Positions 39,547-52,100 of a stretch of 64,000 nt of DNA are shown here, in pieces; within the stretch, counting starts at the first letter, position 1; each line of letters begins with the position of its first letter. Made by a program: the position numbers and the translations under genes. The stretch lies in the NCBI GenBank assembly GCA_002269645.1, contig NIVC01000572.1, positions 186,001 through 250,000 on the forward strand, in the 5' to 3' direction. The notes beneath the pieces were generated by a model. The model made no database searches, had not been told where the DNA came from, and worked only from the letters and a program-made list of their open reading frames with translations. This DNA comes from Macrostomum lignano. Lineage: Eukaryota.

Positions 39547-40295
39547 ATGCTACGGGTTGCTTTTAGTATTTTGCTTTTGTTAAAATTAGAATATCAATGC
39601 GAATATCAATGGGGAAACAAATGCGTACAAATTTTTCTTCCTCCGCCCCCACCTCATAAACTTATAGTAAAAATATACTGTACTGTACTCAGTGTACTGG
39701 GTTTTTTCGCTAGCGCTAAGATGCGAAATTGCATCCAAGTTCTAATTTCAGGATGCGATCTGGAAAGTCAGGATATTATAGCATCAGCATCCCTAGTATT
39801 TTTCTAGGGATTAGGCCTAACCTTGTCCTTGACCTTAGGCCTTAGGGATTGACTTTTAGTTTTACCTCATAGCCTGCGTTTTATTTAGGCCCTACTGGAA
39901 CTAGGATGCAAAAAATTGATTATACCCATCCAAGGTCTAATTTGAGAATGCGATTTTGAAAGTCAAGATGCTGTAGCATACCAATTGTACAAAAAATAAA
40001 GCTAGGCACTATACATTTTATTTAACAACAAAAACAGAAAATTCGCTCTGGCCTCTGGCATTAAAAGTTAAGGAACTTCTGTCTGATTCATACTTAAGCC
40101 CTTAAGGTATCTAACAAGGCTGAAGAAATAAAAGTTTTATCTGTCACTTTCTCCAACACTATATGACCTATTCATTAGCATAACTGCCAAATTATAAGAA
40201 TAGGGGGCCTATTAGAAGTGTTAAAATTGAAAAATAAGTTTTGCAATTTTTTACAATAAACATTTTTACTAATTTAACTTAGCCCATTATCTTTA

Positions 40296-40973
40296 GGCAG
40301 TGCTTATCCCCACTGTACCGTAGGAATAATTTCTGTCTTATTCCAACGGTACCGTGCGAATAATTTTCTGCTTATCCGCACGGCACACTGACGAGATAGC
40401 TGCCGGCTGCCCTATCTTCTACATATGCTGTGGGAATAATTTTCTGCTTATCCGCATGGCACACTGACGAGATAGCTACCCTATCTTCTACATATGCTGT
40501 GGGAATAATTTTCTGCTTATCCGCATGGCACACTGACGAGATAGCTGCCCTATCTTCTACATAAGCCATGGGGGAAGTTTAGTACATACGATTTGAGTGC
40601 AGTATAACAACATAACTTGGCTTGAACATTTGTTCTAAAGAAATAAAGATTTAACGACTTTTCTATGAGAAAGAATTTTTTTGTGTAGTAACAAATGATT
40701 TAAATTAAATTAACTCCAAGAATTGTTTATTATTTAAATTTATTGTATCCTCAGTTCAAATTCCCTTTCAATAAGCTATAACTATAAACTATTCACACAC
40801 AGCATATATATGTAGCAGATAGGGCAGCTAGTAAAGCAGAGGGAATAAAACAGAGGACGTGTAGGGCAGCTATCTTGTCAGTGTGCCATGCGGATAAGCA
40901 GAAAATTATTCGCACAGTACCGTTGGAATAAGACAGAAATTATTCCTACGGTACCGTGGGGATAAGCACTGCC
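40296..40973. mobile_element. PIF/Harbinger (Tourist-like) MITE with about 110-bp TIRs and an internal about 69-bp tandem expansion
   Basis: GGCAGTGCTTATCCCCAC... at 40296 and ...GTGGGGATAAGCACTGCC ending at 40973; TTA flanks both ends (40293-40295, 40974-40976); subterminal segment repeated 3 times at about 40365-40560. Confidence 0.85.
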
Positions 40974-41314
40974 TTATTTAGAACTTAGTTAGAAAAAACA
41001 GTTTCCTTTTCATTCATTTTCATGCTTATAAATGTACTATTTGTTTGCTGTTTTTTGTTGTAGAATAGGCCTATCATATCTTTATTCATAATAACAGTAT
41101 TTGCACTAGTGCAATATCATTGTATAATATAATTTTATAGAAATGATATTGATTTATTAATGGTGATTAAAGATGAATAATGGATAGGCCTGTCTAACTA
41201 TAAGCATTAAGAATGACAAATACTACATAAGAAAGAAAAAGTGCTGCTCTGGGTTTGAGATGGGCATCTATTTTATACAGATTAGCATTTTCAACCCCTC
41301 CCCCTGCTGCTAGT

Positions 41315-41852
41315 CCATAGTCAGGAAGGTGGCCTTTGCCATGGAAAATTCTGGCACACACAATAGTTCTTGGTGCACAATCATGGCGTACACTAAGGTC
41401 GCTGGCGCATGTGGCACACAATCATAGCGCACACTGAGGTCCCTAGCGCATGCGGCGCATAATTGCAGCACATAAGGTCCCTGACATGCATGAAAATTGT
41501 AATACAAATTAACAATTTTACGTAAAATAAAGGAGATTTGTATAGTCTAGAAAGTCAGTGATTAAACTTTTTGCTTCTTTAAAATTAACAGTAAATAAAA
41601 TTAGTATAAATTATCACTAAGAATGTCAATTTTGCATTATTCTATTTGTAGGTATAAATTAAGTTTGTTTAAAGTGAGAATATGCGTAACATTTTAATAA
41701 GGCTTTTTGTATGAAGCCTTTCTTAGAAAACTCTACTCGTGAAGAGTGGCGCACAAACAGTGCACAAATGGCGCATAGACGGCGCATAGATGGCGCACAA
41801 ATCGTCCCAAAAAAATTATTTTAGCGCACACTGTGCTACCTTCCTGACTATG
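41315..41852. mobile_element. MITE with about 18-bp TIRs, probably hAT-type
   Basis: CCATAGTCAGGAAGGTGGC ... GCTACCTTCCTGACTATGG; 8-bp flanks CTGCTAGT / CTGCCAGT (1 mismatch); GGCGCA subterminal repeats. Confidence 0.7.
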
Positions 41853-44266
41853 GCTGCCAGTGGGGTGTCTTTGTGTGGTTAGCAATAGCAGGGGGTTTTA
41901 AGCAATAAAAATTTATATGAGGGTAAATATGAGGGTTAGAGATTATTTGGGGTTTTGCAAATCTGTGTTGAGTTGGATAAAATTTAGGATAGAAAGATTA
42001 TAGAAAAAGAGCTTAATTTTCCATCTCTTAACTCTGTCCATGGATGATTATATAGTCTTCTCTCTCTCTCTTGGTTGTCAAGCTACTTGGGGTGATCTTG
42101 CCTTCTTGGATGGCTTTAGGTTAGATAGAAGTCCATGGACGGCCATGCGATTCTCCTCTAAAAAGTTTGCCAGGTTCTGATGTATGCCATAGGCTGATTG
42201 CTCTTCTTGATATCATTAGTGTGTGCCATGGGGCAGTTGTTCTATGATGTCATTGCTATTTAAATTTGGCCTCTCCTTGGTTTGCTTCTCCTAGCTAGTT
42301 TGAGCGCCATTGCCTGTGGCAATGTGTTGCTACTCACTGGAATGGAAAGAGGCTTTATTAGATTTGGCCATTCAAATTTGACTTGACAGTTGATAAATTA
42401 TCTTAATGCTACTTCTTTGTGCTATTCTAATAGCTAACTAGGAGTTCCATTGTGCTATTCTGCCTTACCCTTCACTGCACCTGGGCATTTCATAATTTTG
42501 TACCTATCTTCTAATTTTGGATAAAAACTTCAGATTTCTGACTCTTATAGGTAAAATATCTATATATCTTAGCTAATTGCTACATTTTTTTAAGATTTAT
42601 TTTTATAAGGCTTATAAGTTATAATAGATAGGTCAAAAAAGTAGAACTACAAAACTTAAACTAAGTCTAATAAAAAAATATTAATGTATAAATCTGCATT
42701 CAATGCATTTAACTCATTTATCCATATATTTAGCCATAAATCAGTTGATAAAATAGGAAAAGTTAAAACAGAATTGGCACTATCTGGTACTGGCACTAGT
42801 AAGCACTTTTATCCCTATGCATTATTGATTTGGAATGATTAAAACTATATTGCTAATAGTTATAAGTGAAATGACAATTTTATCTAGAGTACCTATATTC
42901 TTTGTTAAAGTCAAAGTACAATTGCTAGTCTATGCTAGTTGCTAGGGCATTTAGCTATGCAATCAGATATATTAAAATCTATTCTTGCCTAGATCCATAT
43001 AACTTCTAGGTCTTATTTATATAGTGCAATTTGCATGTATCATTGAATCTCACAATGCAAGCTTTGTTGAACCCAAGGTCAAATAGTGCACTATGTAGGC
43101 CTAATATAATATAGGTAGGTATTCATGCAGTTCCAAAATATCTATCTGGCTATCTAGACCACTTTTGAGTAGACTGTCATTATCTGGTAACTTTAGCTGC
43201 TACAGATAATCCTAGCACTTGTAAAGATCCTATCTGTAAACAGCAAGTCAATAGTAGCCTCTTTCATTTGAAATATAATTTTTCCTGATTTGTCATTTGA
43301 CTATAAAATGCCTATACTTTGCTGCTTCCACTTAGGCCTATTGATAAATTCAATTCATCTTGCTAATCTTACAATAGGCTCCTATACCAAAGCATCCTCA
43401 TTATCTAACTGGGTTCTTTGAAGCTGTGGGCTATTGCTAAAGCTGTTTGATTTCTGCTTGCAACAGGGAATTTCTATGCATAGCTTTAGCAGAGGCCTGC
43501 TACTTATTGTTGTCACATGGGCCTCTTCTTAATTGTCCTTATCAATGTTGAGTCCAATGCCAAAAGCAATGTTTTCAGAGTATACTAGCAGACACAGCAT
43601 ATTTATTTGCCTAGGCCTATTATATTGCATTGAAAGTCTAAGACTCTATAGTTTCTTGTGTAGTGCCTTCATAATATATATAAGGCGTATCCATCAGAGC
43701 TATACTGCCCAAGTAAACTTGAGTTAGTATGACTTAGCAAAAAATTAACAATCCATGGCAAAATTGATATCCATGGGGTGCTATGGCTAGGTAATGCCTA
43801 TCACCTTAGATCAATATCATCCTACCACAGAGTATGAGTATAAGCAAGTGGGAGGGCAAGAGGGCAGAAAAAATGCACCTAAATTGAATCTTAAAACCTG
43901 TTTTTACAGGTGTTTGTACCCATGCAAACCAAGTCAACTTAAATATAATTATTTCAGTTCTAAGTAGTCTAACCAATTATAAAAGAATTATACTCTTGAA
44001 ATATTTTATACTTCAAACCTAAGAATTAAGATATTATTTTGATTGTTTTTTTTAAAAAATTTTTGTAACTAAAAAGTGAGTTTATTTGAGTCTAGAACTA
44101 AATATAAATTTGCATTTTTTAGGTTGAATATGTATCTAATTTTGAATGGACACAAAAAGTATAATGCATTTTATTGGCACTGATTATTTAATTTCTATAT
44201 GAAAAATATTTATATTTTTTTATTCTCATGCATGAAACAGCAAAATCTTTAAATAGATGTTGAAAA

Positions 44267-46623
44267 ATGATCTGCCAGCTTGTGTGTCTTTTGTTTATTT
44301 CGACTGCCTCTCCAGTATTGTCTGTAGTTCCTCAGACAGTCTATGGAGATCTCTTAGCTAATGTTCTTAACCCAAATACCTATCTTAAGACTGCAATGCC
44401 AATATGCAATCATGGTGAAAAACTTCACGTTGGCCAGGATATGATTCTGTACCAGCTCTATGACCTGGAAGAGCCAACTCAGATGCTCACTGTAAGTGCA
44501 TTTCAATTTTAAATATCAATATTGGTAAATTATTTTTTGTCTATATCTCATCTGGACCCCATCTTATATCCAAATCTTTAAACTTTCATTTTCCATCTTA
44601 TCGCTCCAATGAGCGCTGCCCAGCCTTCAACCCCTTTCCCCCACCGCCCCCATCTTATCGCTCCAATGTACGCAGCCCAGTTTTCAACCCCTTCCCCCCA
44701 CCACCCCCATCTTATCGCTCCAATGTACGCAGCCCAGTCTTCAACCCAAATGTGCTTCAACCCCTTTCCTCACCACCCCATCTTATCGCCCCAACGCGCT
44801 GTTACCCGTCTAACTTTGCCATCTCTTAAATGGCACAAAGATTTTTAATTAGTCCAATTCCCAATCTAGGTAGACGTATGGGTTGAGTCAACCTGGCGAG
44901 ACTGTCGCCTAACCTGGGACCCGGCTGCCTATCACAACGTGACGAGTTTCGCTGTGAAAGCCACTGAGATCTGGCATCCGGATTTGGTGTTCTTCGAATC
45001 TTTGCACGGCAATTTCGCCGAAGCTCTCGGCGTTCTTGGCCAGTCGACTGCTAGAGTTAGATATGACGGCATGGTGGAGCTCGGCTCCCAGATGCTCATT
45101 AACACTTTCTGCAGGGTGGACCTCCGCCTTTATCCGTTCGATAAGCAGCGCTGCAACATCACGTTCGCCTCGTGGAGCAAAGATAATCGAACTTTTGTCC
45201 TGAGGAAGAAAGTGGACTCAGGAACCGGGGCCGATCACGCTTTCAAGGCGGCTAGCAACGGAGCCTGGCTGGTTGAAGGCTTCCCGGCGTTTAATAAAAT
45301 TGTCCAGCGCAAGGTTGGGTTAAATGAGAGCGCCGAGCCTGCCTGGTTTACCGAGGTCACCTTCCAGCTGCAGCTGCGCAGGAAGCCGCTCTATCATCAG
45401 GTGGGTCAGGGGGCTGCTGTCAGGTTGTGGATAACTAGATAAGCATCCAGGGTCCGAAAAATAATAATTAGATAAGCATCCAGGGTCCGAAAAATAATAA
45501 TTAGATAAGCATTCAGGGTCCGAAAAATAATAATTAGATAAGCATTCAGGGTCCGAAAAATAATAATTAGATAAGCATCCAGGGTCGTGAATAATGATAA
45601 TTACCAGGGTCGTGAATAATAATAATTATATAAGCATCCAAGGTCGGTGAATAATAATAATTATATAAGCATCCAAGGTCGGTGAATAATAATAATTATA
45701 TAAGCATCCAGGGTCGGTGAATAATAATAATTAGATAAGCATCCAGGGTCGGTAAATAATAATAATTAGATAACACATCCAGGGTCGTGAATAATAATAA
45801 TTAGATAACACATCCAGGGTCGTGAATAATAATAATTAGATAACACATCCAGGGTCGTGAATAATGATAATTAGATAAGCATTCAGGGTCGGAATAATAA
45901 AATTTAATAAGCATTTAGGCCCGTTAAAAACGTTTCTATGTCAAGAATCGCTAAATAGTCAAGCAACTAATAAGTGGACAAGCACCCGGGGATAATACAC
46001 CAGGATCCAGACAAAAAACTTTGTATTTATTATCCTACAATATGTAGTACTAATGAGTAGTACAAATTTCGCTAATCCCCAACCAGGCCTACATGGTGTT
46101 TCCATGCGCTCTGCTCACCTGGCTAGCCCTGCTAGTTTACCTGTTGCCAGCCGAATCCGGAGAGAAAATCGGTTACGTAACCACACTGCTTCTGTCGCTG
46201 GTCGTATTCCTACTGATGCTGGCTGACAATATACCCAGGTCTGGCGATTGCGTCCCCATACTTGGCCAATACTTTGTCATGTGTGTGCTGTTAGTAGCGC
46301 TGGCTAATATTACCACCGTACTCAGCTACAGTCTCAGTCTGCGCAGCGACGAGTTCTCACCGCCGAAATTGTTGCTGGCCTGCCTGTCTCTGGCTGGCCT
46401 GTGCGGACTGCAGTTCCGCTGCGATGGCGGCTGGAGGCTGTTCACCTTCTCTTGGCGGCAGCTCATGCCCAGCCGCAACGGTGGCGCCAAACAGCTGAGC
46501 AACAGCGACAAATGGCGCCTGTTGGGCATTGTGTGCGACCGGTTCTGCCTGCTGGTGTACGGCGTGTTGTGCACCGCCCTAACCATCTGGATTGCCGGCT
46601 TTTCTAACGAGACTGAGGACTGA
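44267..46623 (+). CDS. Nicotinic acetylcholine receptor-like Cys-loop ion channel subunit, non-alpha type, 430 aa
   Basis: Exons 44267-44491, 44870-45400, 46087-46623, all phase 0 with GT-AG. Signal peptide, WRDCRLTW, IWHPD, Cys-loop CRVDLRLYPFDKQRC, FASW, M1-M2 linker PAESGEK, M2 TTLLLSLVVFLLML, M4 DRFCLLVY. Confidence 0.93.
44545..44790. repeat. About 55-bp degenerate tandem repeat in nAChR intron 1
   Basis: CCCCATCTTATCGCTCCAATG..GCCCAG..TTCAACCCC repeated 3-4 times. Confidence 0.75.
45435..45898. repeat. About 33-bp minisatellite in nAChR intron 2, about 14 copies
   Basis: Unit TTAGATAAGCATCCAGGGTCCGAAAAATAATAA with variants. Confidence 0.92.
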
Positions 46624-46767
46624 TCGATTTGGAAATATCTGCAAACGGTTAATGATTGGCTTGTTGTAATTTATTAGGTTTCAGTTATTAATTACTCGCA
46701 TGCTAATTATATCAAATTTGCTTTCATTTTTATGAGGCTTCGATTGGATTTTCTGTTGAAGCCTTCA

Positions 46768-47765
46768 AGCCTCCCAGATCCTCAGTTGCTGGGCCAGCCT
46801 CCCAGAGTGTCTGTTGCTGGGCCGGCCTCCCAGATCCTCAGTTACTGAGCCAGCCTCCCAGAGTGTCAGTTGCTGGGCCGGCCTCCCAGATCCTCAGTTA
46901 CTGAGCCAGCCTCCCAGAGTGTCAGTTGCTGGGCCGGCCTCCCAGATCCTCAGTTACTGAGCCAGCCTCCCAGAGTGTCAGTTGCTGGGCCGGCCTCCCA
47001 GATCCTCAGTTACTGAGCCAGCCTCCCAGATCCTCAGTTGCTGGGCCACCAGCCTCCCAGAGTGTCAGTTGCTGGGCCGGCCTCCAGATCCTCAGTTACT
47101 GAGCCAGCCTCCCAGAGTGTCAGTTGCTGGGCCAGCCTCCCAGATCCTCAGTTGCTGGGCCACCAGCCTCCCAGAGTGTCTGTTGCTGGGCCAGCCTCCT
47201 AGATCCTCAGTTGCTGGGCCACCAGCCTCCCAGAGTGTCAGTTGCTGGGCCGGCCTCCCAGATCCTCAGTTACTGAGCCAGCCTCCCAGAGTGTCAGTTG
47301 CTGGGCCGGCCTCCCAGATCCTCAGTTACTGAGCCAGCCTCCCAGAGTGTCAGTTGCTGGGCCAGCCTCCCAGAGTGTCAGTTGCTGGGCCAGCCTCCCA
47401 GAGTGTCAGTTGCTGGGCCAGCCTCCCAGATCCTCAGTTGCTGGGCCACCAGCCTCCCAGAGTGTCTGTTGCTGGGCCAGCCTCCTAGATCCTCAGTTGC
47501 TGGGCCACCAGCCTCCCAGAGTGTCAGTTGCTGGGCCGGCCTCCCAGATCCTCAGTTACTGAGCCAGCCTCCCAGAGTGTCAGTTGCTGGGCCGGCCTCC
47601 CAGATCCTCAGTTACTGAGCCAGCCTCCCAGAGTGTCAGTTGCTGGGCCAGCCTCCCAGAGTGTCAGTTGCTGGGCCAGCCTCCCAGATCCTCAGTTGCT
47701 GGGCCACCAGCCTCCCAGAGTGTCAGTTGCTGGGCCAGCCTCCCAGATCCTCAGTTGCTGGGCCA
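46768..47765. repeat. 28-bp minisatellite, block 1
   Basis: Alternating units CCTCCCAGATCCTCAGTTGCTGGGCCAG / CCTCCCAGAGTGTCAGTTGCTGGGCCRG. Confidence 0.95.
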
Positions 47766-48444
47766 GGCTTTCAAGTTTGGTTGGTTACAAATTATCAATT
47801 TAATCGCTTAATCTCAATTTTTATATCTATTTTTTTCATCATTGGCTTCCTGTTATCACAATTATAAAAAGAATCACATCTTCTCAAACAACTAATTTTT
47901 AGTTAAATGGATTTCTTATTTTGACTCCATGTTGCATGATATTTTACAAGATCATTAATGATTTCACCTTTATTGTATGTCGTTATCAGAAACTAAAACA
48001 ATTTTTTGCTTCAATCATTCTTAGAAAAGGAATTTTACGAAACAAAAATTTGTAGAAAAAAATTAGAATTTTTTAAATAATTGTAAATATTCTCGTATTA
48101 TTTTTCAAATACGCATCAATGCTACTTGATATTCTCCCTCTGTGTAAGTAGAATAAGCGTGCACTATCTCTATATTTTTATTCTTGTTTTAAATGTGTTT
48201 CTGCCGACAAAAATTTTTGAAGTGTCGAAGCTTTTGTTTTTCCAGTAGCCCGCTCAATACCCCCAAATCCGAAAAGTTCAATAAAATCAACGCATCAGGA
48301 TACAGCTTTAATGTATTTGAATAAGAACTTTCTGCTATCAAATCTGTGAAACAAATCAATGTGTTAGAATATTTATTTTTGTTTGTGTTTTTCACGCAAG
48401 TAAATTTGAAAAAAAATTATGCTGGAATTTCAGACTAGACCACC

Positions 48445-48870
48445 GCCAGCCTCCCAGAGTGTCGGTTGCTGGGCCAGCCTCTCAGATCCTCAGTTGCTGG
48501 GCCAGCCTCCCAGAGTGTCAGTTGCTGGGCCAGCCTCCCAGAGTGTCAGTTGCTGGGCCAGCCTCCCAGATCCTCAGTTGCTGGGCCAGCCTCCCAGATC
48601 TTCAGTTGCTGGGCCAGCCTCCCAGATCCTCAGTTGCTGGGCCAGCCTCTCAGATCTTCAGTTGCTGGGCCAGCCTCTCAGATTCTCAGTTGCTGGGCCA
48701 GCCTCTCAGATTTTCAGTTGCTGGGCCAGCCTCTCAGATCCTCAGTTGCTGGGCCAGCTTCCCAGATCCTCGGTTGCTGGGCCACCAGCCTCTCAGATCT
48801 TCAGTTGCTGGGCCAGCCTCTCAGATCCTAAGTGGCTGGGCCAGCTTCCCAGATCCTCAGTTGCTCTGCC
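48445..48870. repeat. 28-bp minisatellite, block 2 (same family and orientation)
   Basis: Same unit as 46768-47765, separated by about 680 bp of AT-rich DNA. Confidence 0.93.
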
Positions 48871-49137
48871 AACCTCCCAAGATCGGCTTATCATTAACAT
48901 GGAGTACACTTTAGGCTTTAGTGAATTTCTGTTAGAGTAAAGTAATAAAATGGTGGGTAACGACAGCAAAACACGAAGCTGGAGTTAACCGAATTAATAA
49001 AAGGTTGCATTTATTTTATTGATAATTGCAGTTATAGTTAATTACAATATTATACGCGGGAAATAAACATTGGAATTGAAGGTAAATATTGCACACTCTA
49101 GCAGATAGGTTAAACATTGCTGTACACACGGTGTCGC

Positions 49138-52100
49138 CTAGGCAACAAAGGCCGCTCTCTTGTGTCGCCTGCCTATCATCTCGCGGTCCATCAGTGCCTT
49201 TTTAGCCAAGTATTTTTGTCGTTTTATTTTGCGTTTTAAGTCTTGGGGAATGTTTGGTATAAACCAGTTCATCACACTGGTCAATATGGTCACGAGTTGC
49301 TGCATGTGAAGATTTTTTGTGAGGTTTATATATTAGCTTCATTGGTTATACTCATTAATCTTGATACACATCTCTCAAGAATGTTTGGTCAGCCACCACC
49401 ACCTCACTCTGGATTGATTGGTCAGCCACCACCACCTCACTCTGGATTGATTGGTCAGACACCACCACCTCACTCTGGATTGATTGGTCAGCAGCCACCA
49501 CCTCACCCTGGATTGATTGGTCAGCAGCCACCACCTCACTCTGGATTGATTGGTCAGCAGCCACCACCTCACTCTGGATTGATTGGTCAGCCACCACCAC
49601 CTCACTCTGGATTGATTGGTCAGCCACCACCACCTCACTCTGGATTGATTGGTCAGCCACCACCACCTCACTCTGGATTGATTGGTCAGCCGCCACCACC
49701 TCACTCTGGATTGATTGGTCAGCCACCACCACCTCACTCTGGATTGATTGGTCAGCCACCACCACCTCACTCTGGATTGATTGGTCAGCCACCACCACCT
49801 CACTCTGGATTGATTGGTCAGCCACCACCACCTCACTCTGGATTGATTGGTCAGCCACCACCACCTCACTCTGGATTGATTGGTCAGCCACCACCACCTC
49901 ACTCTGGATTGATTGGTCAGCCACCACCACCTCACTCTGGATTGATTGGTCAGCCACCACCACCTCACTCTGGATTGATTGGTCAGCCACCACCACCTCA
50001 CTCTGGATTGATTGGTCAGCCACCACCACCTCACTCTGGATTGATTGGTCAGCCACCACCACCTCACTCTGGATTGATTTGTCAGCCACCACCACCTCAC
50101 TCTGGATTGATTGGTCAGCCACCACCACCTCACTCTGGATTGATTGGTCAGCCACCACCACCTCACTCTGGATTGATTGGTCAGCCACCACCACCTCACT
50201 CTGGATTGATTGGTCAGCCGCCACCACCTCACTCTGGATTGATTGGTCAGCCGCCACCACCTCACTCTGGATTGATTGGTCAGCCACCACCACCTCACTC
50301 TGGATTGATTGGTCAGCCACCACCACCTCACTCTGGATTGATTTGTCAGCCACCACTACCTCACTCTGGATTGATTGGTCAGCCACCACCACCTCACTCT
50401 GGATTGATTGGTCAGCCGCCACCACCTCACTCTGGATTGATTGGTCAGCCACCACCACCTCACTCTGGTTTGATTGGTCAGCAGCCACCACCTCACTCTG
50501 GATTGATTGGTCAGCCACCACCACCTCACTCTGGATTGATTGGTCAGACACCACCACCTCACTCTGGATTGATTGGTCAGCAGCCACCACCTCACCCTGG
50601 ATTGATTGGTCAGCAGCCACCACCTCACTCTGGATTGATTGGTCAGCAGCCACCACCTCACTCTGGATTGATTGGTCAGCCACCACCACCTCACTCTGGA
50701 TTGATTGGTCAGCCACCACCACCTCACTCTGGATTGATTTGTCAGCCACCACTACCTCACTCTGGATTGATTGGTCAGCCGCCACCACCTCACTCTGGAT
50801 TGATTGGTCAGCCGCCACCACCTCACTCTGGATTGATTGGTCAGCCACCACCACCTCACTCTGGATTGATTGGTCAGCCGCCACCACCTCACTCTGGATT
50901 GATTTGTCAGCCACCACTACCTCACTCTGGATTGATTGGTCAGCCACCACCACCTCACTCTGGATTGATTGGTCAGCCGCCACCACCTCACTCTGGATTG
51001 ATTGGTCAGCCACCACCACCTCACTCTGGGTTGATTGGTCAGCCACCACCACCTCACTCTGGATTTATTAGTCAGCCGCCACCACCTCACTCTGGATTGA
51101 TTGGTCAGCCACCACCACCTCACTCTGGATTGATTTGTCAGCCACCACCACCTCACTCTGGATTGATTTGTCAGCCACCACCACCTCACTCTGGATTGAT
51201 TGTTCAGCCACCACCACCTCACTCTGGATTGATTGGTCAGCCACCACCACCTCACTCTGGATTGATTGGTCAGCCGCCACCACCTCACTCTGGATTGATT
51301 GGTCAGCCGCCACCACCTCACTCTGGATTGATTGGTCAGCCACCACCACCTCACTCTGGATTGATTGGTCAGCCACCACCACCTCACTCTGGATTGATTG
51401 GTCAGCCACCACCACCTCACTCTGGATTGATTGGTCAGCCACCACCACCTCACTCTGGATTGATTGGTCAGCCACCACCACCTCACTCTGGATTGATTGG
51501 TCAGCCGCCACCACCTCACTCTGGATTGATTGGTCAGCCACCACCACCTCACTCTGGATTGATTGGTCAGCCACCACCACCTCACTCTGGATTGATTGGT
51601 CAGCCGCCACCACCTCACTCTGGATTGATTGGTCAGCCACCACCACCTCACTCTGGATTGATTGGTCAGCCGCCACCACCTCACTCTGGATTGATTGGTC
51701 AGCCGCCACCACCTCACTCTGGATTGATTTGTCAGCCACCACTACCTCACTCTGGATTGATTGGTCAGCCGCCACCACCTCACTCTGGATTGATTGGTCA
51801 GCCGCCACCACCTCACTCTGGATTGATTGGTCAGCCACCACCACCTCACTCTGGATTGATTGGTCAGCCACCACCACCTCACTCTGGATTGATTGGTCAG
51901 CCACCACCACCTCACTCTGGATTGATTGGTCAGCCACCACCACCTCACTCTGGATTGATTGGTCAGCCACCACCACCTCACTCTGGATTGATTGGTCAGC
52001 CACCACCACCTCACTCTGGATTGATTGGTCAGCCACCACCACCTCACTCTGGATTGATTTGTCAACCACCACAACCTCACTCTGGATTGATTGGTCAGCA

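Larger units (their letters stand above)
34663..39626. mobile_element. Foldback-like TIR element: inverted arms of a unique about 80-bp terminus plus tandem 177-bp units, enclosing an RTE fragment
   Basis: 34665-34742 is the reverse complement of 39547-39624 (one mismatch seen). About 3.9 units of 177 bp on + (34743-35427) and about 8.7 units on - (38003-39546). ACAAATTT occurs at both 34655-34662 and 39627-39634. Confidence 0.85.

Noticed and set aside
46768-48870. Complementary 3' UTR repeats pairing the convergent nAChR and anoctamin mRNAs
   Set aside because: Minus-strand AATAAA signals at about 49010-49020 should end the anoctamin mRNA before the repeat block; no evidence that either UTR includes it.
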